Shown: in pieces, positions 11,980 to 24,484 of the stretch
Layout: each line of letters begins with the position of its first letter
How positions within the stretch are numbered: position 1 is the first letter of the stretch
Assembly (NCBI GenBank): GCA_002269645.1
Contig: NIVC01000382.1
Coordinates: 186,001-250,000 of the forward strand
Source: Macrostomum lignano
Taxonomy: Eukaryota
Reading direction: 5' to 3'
Length of the DNA stretch: 64,000 nt
Translations under genes and position numbers: made by a program
The notes under the pieces: model-generated
Seen by the model: only the letters and a program-made list of their open reading frames with translations
What the model was told of the DNA's origin: nothing
The model's database searches: none

Positions 11980-13213
11980 TCCTAGTTTGGGCACGGCCGG
12001 AGTGACGGAGTCGGAGACAACTGCCGGCAGTGTGGGCGGATTGGCGGAGATTGACGTTGCCGCCGGATTGGCCGGAGCCGGTCGACTCGCCGGCGCTTCG
12101 GCCGATGGGGCGGCGGCAGCGGCAGCGGCAGCGGCAGTGGCAGCGCGGTTCGAATGCAGGATAGGCCCCAGTATCGGTTTGGATAGTCCGGGTCGCGATG
12201 CGTCGGCGTAATAGAGAGGACCTGGTACGCCAAATGCCTCCCCCAGGGACTGACTAGCGAAAATGTTGTTATTTGCTTAGCTTTTTGTTCCCTGATTCTT
12301 TCGTGAGCTTTTTAGTAGCAATTTCATTTGCTTTTTTGATTTTGTTGCATCTGTTTGAGTAGGCTGGATGCTCGCCCCCGCAGTTAGCACATTTGAACTT
12401 ACTGTCTTTAGGACAGTCAGCGGAGAAATGTTCTCCTGCGCATTTGTTGCACGATTTGATGCTGCGCATTTGCTTTCATGGTGCCCCAGTCTTTGGCACT
12501 TTTTGCACTGGACTGCTTTTACTGGTGCAAGATTGATTGATTATTCGCACCTGAATTTGCTGTATCCGAGATAGACGCCATCCTGGATGCACCGCTCCAT
12601 CGCACCCTTGCACTTAGTGAAGAGGCGGATATGTGGAGTCGGTGCACCTGTTGCCCTTGAAACGATGCGCACAGCGCCATCGATCGGCAATTGTTGTTCT
12701 GAATCAGCTAGAAATTGTTTTGCTAATTCGTGTGCGTCAACGGTGATAGGTACATGCTTGACAATAAATGAGTAGGATGTCGGTGACTTAGTGGTGCACG
12801 CACCTGATCATCCCCTTGTCTAATTGGCCTTTTAGCTGCCGTTCGCCTTGTGATTTCGCAGTTATTTTTTTTGTTAGTTTTAAGATTAGCACATAGTAAT
12901 GTATTAAAGTCCTTAGGATGATTCGGCGTTAAAATCCTGAGCTATGGTAGAGGTCCTTAACTGACCTAATTCTTACTGCTGGGAAGTTTAATTTTAGGAA
13001 CCATTCAAATTTAATAGAATCTTTTCCTTCTTGTGCAATTTCGAAAATGACTGGAGCCGATTTAGAGTTGTTATTAGTTTTTGGTTGGTAGTTCATAGTT
13101 GCGGAATTTGGTAGGCTAGGTTGATTAGAGCTAGATTGATTTGTTTGGCTCTGTTGCTTAGGCTGGTTTTGCTGGCTAGTGAGGCTAGATTGGCAATCAG
13201 TGCCAATATGCAC
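11980..13213 (-). mobile_element. Non-LTR retrotransposon ORF1 (gag-like, three CCHC knuckles) pseudogene; no ORF2 seen
   Basis: QCKKCQRLGHHESKC, CNKCAGEHFSADC and CANCGGEHPAYSNRC across frameshifted segments, preceded by YLIVKHVPITVD...IRLFT. This layout is typical of I/Jockey-group ORF1. Confidence 0.8.
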
Positions 13214-13439
13214 GGGACAATAGGGTACGCAACTTTTAGTAATTATATCAGTTTTTTGTTGTCCCTGTCAGGCCTTTGTGTTTTGCACTTTCCTAACTAT
13301 ATTGAATGGTGCTTCGGCATGCTTGCCATATCGCTCATTAGGCTGCAATCTTCCCAGTTATTCCCGTAAAAATAAATAGAGGATTTTGCCAGTTTTTGTA
13401 TTGCTAATATTATTAATTGTTATAGCTGTTAATAGTATG

Positions 13440-14430
13440 AAATTTTGCATACTAGAGATGCATGCAAAATAGAGATGAGAGCGCAGAAAGGAGAGTTGAG
13501 AGATGGGAGATGATTGATAAGAAAGTAAGAGTAGAGATGAGAGAGGAGATGAGAGCAGAGAGAAGAGATTAGATAAAGGAGCAAAGAGGAGAGAGGAGAT
13601 AGGAGAGAGTCTCAGTCCGGACCTGGCAGTCAATTTTTGCAAACAGGGAAAACATGCTATGATATTTCAGAGGTTTTATGGAGGATTTTAAAGATTTTTT
13701 GACGTATACTCAAACAAGTAAAAAGCATATTTTTATAGACTTCAGTTTCATAGTCTTGATTGACTGAAATTCGATAGAGATAATATTTTTTAAATTGATG
13801 GATTGTAGCTTGAAGGAGATGATACACGCTAGATTGCAGTTTAACGGAGAGGATTTTGATGATATCTGTTTCATAGACAGGATGAAATGGCTAAATGAAA
13901 GGGAATAGAGAAAAGGAAAGAGTAGATAAAATATTAGATGAAAGAGAACATGAAAAGAGAGAATTAAAAGGGACAGATTAGAGAAAAGAAAAAAAGAGAA
14001 TAAAGGCGAGAGAAGAGATGAGGGAATTGAGAGGAGAGAGGAGAGGGGGTAAGAGAGGTGAAAGAGGAGACAGGAGGGAGTAGAGCCGAAAGACGAGAGA
14101 GAAGAGATAAATGAGTAGAGATGAGGGGAGGGAGAGGAGAGAGAAGCGAGAGGATAAGGGAGAGAGGAGAGGGTAGAAAGTAGAGAGATGAGAGAGCAGA
14201 GAGGAGATAAAGGAGAGGAGAGATAAGAGATAAAAGAGGAGAGAGGAAAAAGTAGTGAGGAGAAAGAAGAGAGTAGATATGAGAGCGCAGAAAGGAGAGA
14301 TAAGAGAGTAGAGATGAGAGATGAGAGATGAGATGAGAAATGATAGATAAACGAGCAGATGAGAGCAGAGAGGAGATAGGAGAGATTAGAGATGAGAGAG
14401 CAAAGAGGAGAGAAGGACAGACGAGAGACG
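13440..14430. repeat. Purine-rich (GA) low-complexity tract
   Basis: Nearly pure A/G on the plus strand. The ORFs 13710..14513 and 13964..14455 are artefacts. Confidence 0.9.
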
Positions 14431-14439
14431 ACCTCCGTG

Positions 14440-14620
14440 ATAATCCTAACCCCATATGACCTCTTTGAGAATCCTGACCCCATATGACCTCTTTGAGAAT
14501 CCTGACCCCACATGACCTCTACGAGAATCCTGACCCCATCTAGCCTCTATGCGAATCCTGACCCCATGTAACCTCTGTGAGTCCCGGTCCCAACCCGGCC
14601 TCTGTAAGAGGCCTGACCGC
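14440..14620. repeat. 28-bp minisatellite (GAGAATCCTGACCCCATATGACCTCTTT), about 6 copies
   Basis: Period measured from 14467 to 14495. Confidence 0.9.
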
Positions 14621-15164
14621 GGAAAACCCGTGTTTGAATCGCGTAAATTTTTAGTTTGTTTTTGTTAAGCATTTTTAAAATTGTTCAATCAGTTACTGTA
14701 TCCACTATTGACTTGAACTGTTACTGGCTTTGTCTCTACTTGTGTCTACTAGGTACAGCATTTTCTGATTAAAAAACTATTTTGGCCGTCGAGCTTGAAT
14801 TTCAATCAAGTTTAATAATTGCTCCCTTAGTTATTGTTATCAAAATATTTGACACTTCATTATACGTGTAAATTGTTGTCGCTTGTAGGCTTCTCTGCTT
14901 CTCTGCCCCTTAAGCTCTATTGTTCTGTTTGTATTTAAAAATTTTGTATTGAACAATGATTTACTTCAATTAAAAACGTTTTTAAGCAACCACTATCTAG
15001 CATTATGTTTAGTTCAACTTTTAGATAATGACAAGTAATTTTCTCACGACATTGCTTTTAATTTTAAGTAATTTTTTAACACAGTTACCTATACACATTT
15101 ACCATGTTGGTGTAAATATAAGCGTGATATTTATCGTCCTTGGTAAATTCATCTAGCATCTAAT

Positions 15165-15395
15165 GATGCTTCTATTAATTAGCAACAGATCTACTCATGG
15201 ATGTTACCACGCATCTATCAATTAGCAACAGATCTACTCATGGATCTAATCACGCATTGTTTCCATCAGTTAGCTTCTATTAATTAGCAACAGATCTACT
15301 CAGGGATCTAATCACGCATCGCTTCTATCAGTTAGCAACAGATCTGCTCAGGGATCTAATCACGCATCGCTTCTATCAGTTAGCAACAGATCTAC
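15165..15395. repeat. About 48-bp tandem repeat (TTAGCAACAGATCTACTCAGGGATCTAATCACGCATCGCTTCTATCAG)
   Basis: Period measured from 15301 to 15349. Confidence 0.85.
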
Positions 15396-16329
15396 GTTAG
15401 GTAGGTAGGCAGGTAGGATTTAGAAATATTGGTCACCAAGATGTATTTTAGCAGTAAATATATACCTGCAATTTATGTTTGCTTTATAAATATTTTTTAT
15501 TATTATATTTCAACAGTTATGCATAAACTTTGTTTAAATTAAATTATAATCAACTAAGCTTCTTAGTTTTTAAAATTTAAATTAAGCCATAAACAATAAT
15601 GGACACAATATCAATACAAGTCTTGTCAGGAATCGGAATTCGAATAATTGTTGTCTTGCCTTTTTGTCTTAATTTCTAAGCTGTCCCTTTTAGGGGGAGG
15701 CGTAGGCACAGCTAACCTTTGGTTGCACCAGTTTGAGGAGGCGTCTCAGGTAGCGGCGCACTTAAAGGAGACAGCATTGTTCTTGGTTCGGATTGCGACT
15801 CGGGCCGGCTGAATCTCGGTGATTAGCCTTTTTTGGTGTTCAAGCTCGGTGGTGAGTCGGTGTCGCGTGGAGCGCTACGCTTACTGTTACTATCTACTTC
15901 CATGAGGCCTTAATAAAACAGCGGCCTGATTATAAAACTGTAAAGCTATAAAAATAAATAAAACTTGTATACTGCTACTGGAAGTAGTTAAAAGTTGCCT
16001 AAATACAATAAATGTCCCTAGACTACGCGCTAGCTATACGGCCTGAAGCGTAGGAAGCCTGGCGCCGAGAAACAGATTGCGCGCAGCCGGTCTGGCCGAT
16101 GAAGAGCTGCTGGGCGAGGCCTGGCGCCGCGGAAGCCGCTGCCGAATCGTCGGGCCGCCGCCGCAGTGCCGCTACCGCCGAGCTACCGGGCCTGGTCGAG
16201 CCGCCGAGCCGAGCCGAGAGCCGAGTCGCCAGGAGAGCCGCCGAGCTGCCAGGAGAGCCGCCAAGTTGCCAGAAGAGCTGCCGGATCACCAGGAGAGCCA
16301 CCAGGAGAGTGCAACGACCCCAGTGAGTA

Positions 16330-16990
16330 TAGTTTGCAATATGACAGATAGTATTACGTCGCCCCACACTGTGGATGTGAAGTACTTCTGACTGTCTATA
16401 ATGCCCTCAATGCAAGTTATTGGCCAATGGCCCAGGTACAGCCCTGGAGAATGCAGCGCACACCATGAAACTTCCAGCTCCATGCTTTACGGTGCCAAGG
16501 GTGCACCTGGGATAGAATTCCGCACAAGCTCGCTCGGACGCGCACATGCCGGCGGCCATGAGAACCAGTGAGGGAAAATTTGCTCTCGTCACTTAAGATG
16601 ACCTTGGTCCAGTTCTAGGGAGTCCAACTGCCACGCAAAGTTCAAGCGCCGCTTCTGCTTTTTGTCGGAAATCAATGTTTTTTTCCTAGCAATGCGGCCA
16701 TTCAGTCCAGCAGCTACCAGATAGATGGTGGTGGACAGTCATGGGGTGCAGCTGGACACCAGAACTTCACGGTTGATACCACAGCGGAAGCCGACGGTTG
16801 GATTCGGACATTCGAACAATTAGTTGATCCAGTCGGAGGTCAGTTTTTGGTGCCCTTCCAGGTCTTGGGGCACAGCATGTGCTGCCAGTGCTGCTGAGGC
16901 GCCCGAGTGCTTGCTAGACGCACATTGTAGACTTTCACAAACAACACAGCTCAGGCGATAGGGCTTTGTCTTTCTCCATTCAAGGAGAGT
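16330..16990 (-). mobile_element. Tc1-family transposase pseudogene
   Basis: Frameshifted fragments PGRAPKTDLRLDQLIVR, EKTLISDKKQKRRLNFA, GTVKHGAGSFMV(S)WC and IEGIIDSQKY resemble Tc1 HTH and DDE-domain motifs. Confidence 0.75.
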
Positions 16991-18359
16991 TTGAGAACTT
17001 TTTATAGCACATTTTAAGCCAAAAAATAAGTGCTCTTATTAATCTGTGACTTATAAAATTCTGAAGTGAGACAAGGGACTTCAATTAAAGACACTCAATT
17101 GCGAGCAAGTACCTAATACATCATTAATTTAATTGATCGATACCATAGTTATCTATAACTGATTAGATCCCGCATTCTGTGTAGGCTATAAAATGAAAAG
17201 TTCTAATTTGTGTTCGGTGGTTCTAATTCGTTGTGCGCCACAGTACATCAAACTGAGTTGCAAAGCAGCAAAACACAAACACATATAAGAAAAATGCTTA
17301 CAAAATTTTCTTTGCAAAAGCTCGCTAATTGCGATACGAAGGCCAGCTGCGGTAGTAGGGCCACTCCCAGAATTTGCCACCGCAGATTGAAGGCCCTAAA
17401 AAATTAGTTAGGTTAAACGTTGTGGCTACATTCAGCAACATATCGTGAATGGCTTATCCTAAACCACACTGTAATACCCTCTTTCTTAAATTCACAAAAA
17501 ATATTTTACACACGCTCCGAAAATCCGCACGAATATGCGGTGGATATCTTACCGAAGCAATGTTTCGCTTTTCGCAGAACCCCATAACGTCCTCCGACTC
17601 GAAGACGCTGGTTTCTCTGCCGCTTTTTGGGTGAAGCAGCACGACGGCATGCATACCAGCTGTGTCAGCAGAATCCATCTGAAATTCCATATACTCTCGT
17701 AGAACTAAATTTCTTAAGGAGAGTAATTAACTTCTGAAGCCATACTTTAACATCTGAAAAAAACAAAGAAACATTCCTTATTTAATAAAATTGTAATCAT
17801 TTTATCATTCTTACAAGCTTCTTGGCAGCCTTTCGAAGCTTATTTTCCGTGAAATCTTTTCTACAACTTTTTCGTTAAGCAGCAGCATTTTCCAAAAAAT
17901 GCGCTCCGCATCTCCTAAGTTTGCGTAAGATGCGCGCAAACTGTCAATCTGGTCTGAAAGGCAGGAAAAGGATTGCTTTGAATTTTGACACGGTGCAAAA
18001 TAGCAGTATTTATAGTTACATATAGAGATCCATTGAAGCATCTATAGGATGGCTACTAAAAGAGAAGAAAAATTTCAGGGGTACACTGCCTGGCAAACAA
18101 CACTTTAAAAACGGCGAGAAAACGACTGATTTAAAAATAATTCTAGTAGAAAAAATGCTTCTACTATTCCTTGATCATTAAGTATCACTCACGCGTAATA
18201 CTAACACCAGGAGTGAAGTTTTGGCAACAATGCTCCTTCCAAGACATTCTGAAAGCAGAAAATTTTTAAAAATATTAAAACAGCAACAATTTTTGCCATG
18301 AAAGAAGAAACAATCCAGCATAGCGAAAAAGGAGGGTAGGAAAGATATAGGTGGTAGAG

Positions 18360-19060
18360 AAAGAGTGTGGTGGGGCAGTAAAGAGGGTAGGGCAGCAGGG
18401 AGGGTTTGACAGTAGGGAAGGTTGCAGCAGGGAGGGTAGAGCTGTATAGAGGGTAGGACAGCAGGGAGAGTGGAGCTGTATGGAGGGTAGGACAGCAGGG
18501 AGGGTGGAGCTGTATGGAGGGTAGGACAGCAGGGAGGGTGGAGCTGTATGGAGGGTAGGACAGCAGGGAGGATGGAGCTGTATGGAGGGTAGGACAGCAG
18601 GGAGGGTGGAGCTGTATGGAGGGTAGGACAGCAGGGAGGATGGAGCTGTATGGAGGGTAGGACAGCAGGGAGGGTGGAGCTGTATGGAGGGTAGGACAGC
18701 AGGGAGGGTGGAGCTGTATGGAGGGTGGGACAGCAAGGAGAGTGGAATAGAAAGGATTGACAGGGAAGGTGGAGCAGCAAGGAGGGATAGTGGGGCAACA
18801 GGGAGGTTGGAGCATCAAGATTTAGGAAAGAGGGTGGAGCAGTAGGGTAGGACAGCAGGGAGGGATGGAGGGTAGGACAATAGAAAGGGTAGAGCAGCAG
18901 GGTAGAGGAGGGATAGTAGGTAGGGTATTGCATGGAGGGTAGAACTTTATGGGGCAGGGCAGTAGGGAAGGTGGAATAAAAGGGAAGATGGAACAGTAGG
19001 GAAGGTAAATAATAGCAAGGAGTGTAGGTAGTAATAGGGTAGGTAGTACTGCATGTCCTT
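18360..19060. repeat. 34-bp minisatellite (GGAGGGTAGGACAGCAGGGAGGGTGGAGCTGTAT) with degenerate flanks
   Basis: The 34-aa translational period equals three 34-bp units. The array abuts the truncated end of the Gypsy element. Confidence 0.95.
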
Positions 19061-21823
19061 CATGCAGTATCTCAGTCACCTTTTCTCTTAACATTTGTGG
19101 AATGATTATTCGATTCCCTCGGTAGATGATACTGTCGTCTAGGCTGAGTTCGTCTGTCATTTTACGGAAGTGCGACAGCTTTACTCTTCCTTCTTCAGTC
19201 CATCCAAACTTTAGCTGCTTGAACAAAAGGCGCATCTCCTGATCCTGCTTAGAGACTTCCCGGATTTCTTTCTTGGAAATTGGCAGCTCTACTGAAGTGT
19301 ACTGAATCTTATTCACTTCAAAAGATTGTGCCTTGGCTGCTTCGCTTTCGCACCGTGAAAGTGCGTCTGCAACCGAGATCTCCTCAGATCGCAGACATTG
19401 AATGTCGTAGTCTTTGTATCCTTGCTGCTGCAACTGCCGAAATTCCTATTCCTGGGTTAAAGATGAACTTGAGAGGTTGATGATCCGTCACTAACGTGAA
19501 GCGCCGACCATAAAAGGTACTTATGCAGGCGTTTGACAGCCCACGTAATACCCAGCGTCTCTCTATCGATCTGTGCATAATTTCTCTCTGCTGACGTAAG
19601 CGTCTTTAATACGAACAGCACCGGGCCCTCAGACTGTTCCAGAACGGCACCAACACCGTGCGGGGAAGCATCACATGTCAAGCGTAATAGCCTGTCACTC
19701 GGGTTAAATGGCTTCAAGATGTTACTTCTGGCTAGCATTTGCTTCAGCTTTTCAAAAGCTTGCTTCTGACTTGCTTGCCATGACCAACGTGTCTTCTGCC
19801 TGAGTAGCTCACTCTGTGGTTCCTTTACTTCCGAGAGGTTTGGCAGAAACTTAGAATAAAACTCCATCATGCCAATAAACGATCGCAATTGAGCTGCATT
19901 TGTTGGCTCCTTGAATTGCAAAAAGACATCAAGTTTATTCGGGTTGGATCGAATTCCTTGCTGGTTAATCAGAAATTCCAGAAACTCCACCTCCAGTTGT
20001 CCAATTTTGCTTTTCTCCATTTTTCACTGTCAGACTGTGCTCTTTCAGTCTGTTCAGAACGGCCTTTAGCTGCTGATCGTGACTCTGCTATTCCTTTCCA
20101 TGCACTAGTATGTCATCCTGATAGGAATGCACATTCTTCATGCCAAACAGAATTCGATCTATAAAACTTTGAAAGATGGCAGGACTCTGCTTGATTCCGA
20201 ACGGAAGGAAGTTGTATCGGAAGAGTCCAAACGGTGTTGAAATTTTTGTCAACTTGGAAGACTCATACTGCAAATTACTGCAAATATACATATATAGACT
20301 CATACTGCAAACTGCAAATAGGCATTTGTCAAGTCCAAAGTAGAAAATATATTTGAGCCATGCAGCTCAGCGAAAATGTCATCTGCTGCCGGAGTAGTTG
20401 TGACTATCCTGTTCAGATGCTCATTCAGAGTGACTTTGTAATCGCCACAAATTCGGATTTTACCATTTGGCTTGCGGACGCACACAATCGGTGTTGCCCA
20501 GTCACTGTCGTCCACTTTGGTTATCTTGCCTTCTTTCTCCAGATTCTCGAGTTCTTCCTTCACTTGGTTCCGAATGGCAAATGGAATAGCTCGTGGTTTG
20601 AAGAAAATTGGCTTAGTGCCTTCAGCCAATGTGATTGACACTTTAGTTGATGATGATGCCACTCTCACCAGTTGCTCGGTATCTGCAGCATCGAGCCACT
20701 CAACACCAAAAACAGTGCTGCTAGATTTCACGATACACAGTGAAAGCTTTCCTCTGAATCCTCAATACACTACACTGACGTGTGAGACACCTAGCAGTCC
20801 AATATCATTACCGTTGTAATCCTTGAACCTGCGAGTTGTGGTCTCTATTGGCGTGTGCTTCTTTAGCTGATTGAATTCAGCAAGTGACATAAGTGAAACG
20901 TCAGACCCTGTGTCCAACAACATTTGAACGTGAGTACCATTTATGACCACTTGTCTTTTGAACCGTTCGCCGGCAAGGCTGAGAAAATTATCACAGTCAA
21001 CAGGTTCAGGTGTCTTACCGGTAACTGCACTGATAGTAGCACTCTTTGTCAGAGAATTTCCACCGCCACTGCACACGGCCTTCAGATGCCCAACCTTTCC
21101 GCAGAGTCCACACTTGAAGTTTTTAAACTTGCACTGTGCCTTGGAGTGGTTTGGCTTACCACAACAATAACAGACTCTTGCTTCATGCTTCTGCGCAGAT
21201 TTGCTTCTGAGCTGAGTAGGCTTCGGTGTTTACTTGCTTGATGCACTCGAAGATAAGAAATTCTTCTTCATCTGGACTTTAAAAACTTCTCCCTTTGACA
21301 TGTCTTGTTCTCCTCTGCCGACAGCCTCACATGCTGACGCTACTGTGGTGACCTTTCCCAAGTTAGGTCTTCCAGCTTCTCTGTCATCAGTTTCCTCAAG
21401 ATGTCTCTATTCTCCAATCCGAAAATGAATTGATCACGAAGTCGCTCGTTGATGTCTGTAAACTGGCATCCTTCAGCATCCAGTCTCAGTCTTCTTGCGT
21501 AAGATGCAGTGTCTTCGTCATTCTTTTGCTTTATTTGATGAAATTCATAGCGTAATGCAATCGCTAACTTATCCGGCTTGATCTGGCTCTTCAATACTCC
21601 AACCAGTTGCTCGTACGACTTGGAAGTTGGCTCATCAGGGGAAACCGCATCCGCGATTACATCAAATCCTTTCGGACCGATGGACGCCAAGAATGCGTTC
21701 CTTTTCGTATCATCCTTCCAACCTTCAAGTGAAGCGATGATCTCGAACTTTTGGAACCAGCGCTTTGGGCACTCGTCGACATTCAGTATCTCCAGTTTCC
21801 TTGCACCGATCCTCGTCGCCATT
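19060..21823 (-). mobile_element. Ty3/Gypsy LTR retrotransposon (Mag-like), gag-PR-RT-RH, truncated at the integrase zinc finger, frameshifted
   Basis: Gag 21340..21822; double CCHC knuckle CYCCGKPNHSKAQC/CGLCGKVGHLKAVC; protease LLDTGS; RT YQDD; RNase H LTCDASPHGVGAVL and NYAQIDRETL; ends at EILHEGH. Confidence 0.93.
21811..21821 (-). promoter_or_regulatory. Primer-binding site TGGCGACGAGG directly after the LTR-terminal ACA
   Basis: The minus strand reads ...CTAACA-A-TGGCGACGAGG, a common Gypsy PBS layout. The LTR's far boundary was not found. Confidence 0.65.
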
Positions 21824-22148
21824 GTTAGTCTGTCGTTGGTCTCCTGGTTGAGTCACTAAGGCAGTTGACACGTTGGTATTGTTGGTTGATGTTGTCTCAC
21901 GATTTCGCAGGCAAGACGGCCTAAGGAATCGTCAGTGTGTTGCCCGCAGATTTTGTCTATGGCATAAGCGTAAACGTTTGTAACGCAAGAATTTTTTGTA
22001 TTTTTGCGATTAAACTTGAAAAGTACAAAGTGAAACTTATAAACATGGCATTAAAAGTACAACCGATATGTCACGTATACATAGCGTGTGCAATGGCTGC
22101 TTGTGACCAGATGAGTTCCTTTAATACTCCACGTTAGTCTATAGTCCA

Positions 22149-23750
22149 CTAAATGAAGAAACTAAGTCGGACGCCATCCCTTTCCAGTACAGCGGTAGGC
22201 TTGAGGTCGTTTGGGTCGCATGATTGACTCACGGCTGGGATAGCGTTCGGTCTTTGATTGATGTTGCTAGCCTCTGAAGTCTCAATGACGACCATACGCT
22301 TTGAGGAGGTGGTCTCAGTCTCCGACACAGTTCCATGCAGAGCACTCGTAAGCGAATTTGAAATTTGCTGTTTCCTTTTCTCAGAAATCCTTTTCACATA
22401 GCGGTCAACTGCAGCATCAGTGCGATGGCCTGGTAAAGTGGGAGGGGGCAAGGTACTGAACTGTTATTTAATGGGCGCAGGTGGTACACAAGCACTTAGA
22501 TGATTAACATAACAGGAGACAAGTTACCTGTAACAGTCTTGATTTCTCTCACACTGTGCCCAGCTTCTGCCAAGTAGGTTACAACACTGGCACGAACGCA
22601 GTGGTTCGTGTAGTGTACTCCAACTGAAAACCTGCACGCCGCGAGATGTTCTTCATCATGTCATTTAGCGTGTTCTTCCCCAAGACCTGCTTGGCCGAGT
22701 ACCAGACATCAGAATCAGCACGAACCTTTATGGGCTTTGGAAAAAGTGCCTCCACACCAGGTGGGAATTTGGCGAGATACAGTTGCACTGCCTCAACTGG
22801 ACACTTTGAGCCACCAGTACTGAACATCCTCGTTTGCTTTCCGGTTGAACATTGCTGAATACTTGCCGCAGTGAAAGTCTTCTCAGGACCCGTTTGAACC
22901 ATGTCGATGCACTCTACACCTTCGTGCTCGCAGAACCGCAGTGAGAATACCTTCAGGTCCCTTATCCATTCTCGACCTCAGAAGCCAAAGTGGTAGACAA
23001 TGTTAAAAAACACTTCGTCTTGCAGTCGCTCCGGGTCCCTTCGGTTGAAGTACGCACTCAGCAGGGACAAGTCGGAATCCGTGATGGCCTTGAATCCTCG
23101 TTGGTCTCCAACGGTTCGCTCCCTCGACTGGCAACTCAAACGCAGGACGCACGAGTAGGTTTCATTGCTCAGGCGAAATTGCTCATTCCCAATGACGTCA
23201 GTCGCACGTGTCTCAATCATGTACCTGTGCACGCTGGCTCTGAAGCCCCGGATCGTATCCGGTGCATATGTCTTTGTCCCCACGGCAGGATTTCCTTTCA
23301 AACTTACATACCAGAGGCGCAAATAGCTGTCGACATAACGCAGTGGCATGCGCTCAATGTCCTCAGGCAGTTTCTTCTCGCGGAGGAACTTCTAAGTCGT
23401 TCAATGTGGTTCCGAGTAGTAGCCAATGTCGAAGGCGACTTTGAGGATGCCTCGGTGTCCTTAATGTTTTGAAGTTCTTTCGCATCCAAGTCTCGTAGCG
23501 AACACTCCGGATCAATAGCGGAATTCAGGAATTCTTCGACCTCCTCGTGGTCCAGGACCGGCAGCCCAGTGAATTGATCTACCGTTGATTCTACATGCCT
23601 GGACAGTCGAGATATAAACTGCAGCTCAGAATTAGCCAGGCCACTAATATCGCCTGTTGCTTTCTTACTGAAATTGATCATGTTACCGTCAGAATAAGCT
23701 ATACTGTCTAACAAAAGTTCTTGTACGGTTGCTTCTGTTGCCTCTAGTAT
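22149..23750 (-). mobile_element. Crypton-like intron-containing tyrosine recombinase pseudogene with a complete catalytic domain
   Basis: HFGF*GRE (catalytic Arg codon probably CGA>TGA), GPEK, NHCVRA (HxxR), TG|HR split by a 98-bp GT-AG intron (22430-22527) and DRYVK (Tyr). Lesions are a 1-bp frameshift near 23395 and a TACAC duplication near 22605. GTCTATGGC direct repeats at 21955-21963 and 23920-23928. Confidence 0.9.
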
Positions 23751-24484
23751 CCATAATTTCCATCCGTTTCAAATGAAAATTAGTGCAAATGAAAGCTGGG
23801 AATCTCTGCAACATTTTCTGTTTCACCGTATTTTTTTATTCTGGAGTGGCTCGGAACAGCTTGCCGTTTAGCACAGACAGATCGAATAAAAAAAGTGACA
23901 GAATGACATAGAGCAAGCAGTCTATGGCCAACTTGGCTGTCTAGGCCTTATTTTTTCGTCACTAAATGTCTAGAAAACCACTTAATCGATCTTTTCCTTG
24001 TTGTCTCGCTATTAATTAAGGTAAAATGCGTCCTCTCGAAGCGAAACGATTCTCCAACTAATTTCTTGGCTCACAACAGGCATGTCTCTCAGAAAGGACA
24101 AGTTAAGTCATGGAACTTTGCGAGGAACCACAGGGTTATACAGTGTGCGACAGTTTAGGCCATGAAGAAGTAAAGCAAACCCCACACACAGAGCGATCGA
24201 TCGACAGAAGGCTTCCTAGACACTGTGGAGTTTGTCAACGCGTAAAGAAAGTTGGCCATAGACTGCTTGCTCTATGTCATTCTGTCACTTTTTTTATTCG
24301 ATCTGTCTGTGCTAAACGGCAAGCTGTTCCGAGCCACTCCAGAATAAAAAAAATACGGTGAAACAGAAAATGTTGCAGAGATTCCCAGCTTTCATTTGCA
24401 CTAATTTTCATTTGAAACGGATGGAAATTATGGATACCAGAGGCAACAGAAGCAACCGTACAAGAACTTTTGTTAGACAGTATA
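23700..24484. repeat. About 235-bp near-identical inverted repeat (23700-23934 and 24249-24484) covering the Crypton 5' end
   Basis: Base-by-base reverse-complement match with about 1-2 differences. Confidence 0.93.

Noticed and set aside
13358-14513. Leu/Ser-rich 'membrane' ORFs
   Set aside because: They are the reverse complement of a GA-rich low-complexity tract.
17186-18041. Possible spliced host-gene exons on the minus strand
   Set aside because: No recognisable domain and stops in every consistent frame.
18178-18933. Pro/Cys-rich repeat proteins in three frames
   Set aside because: They are products of the 34-bp minisatellite.
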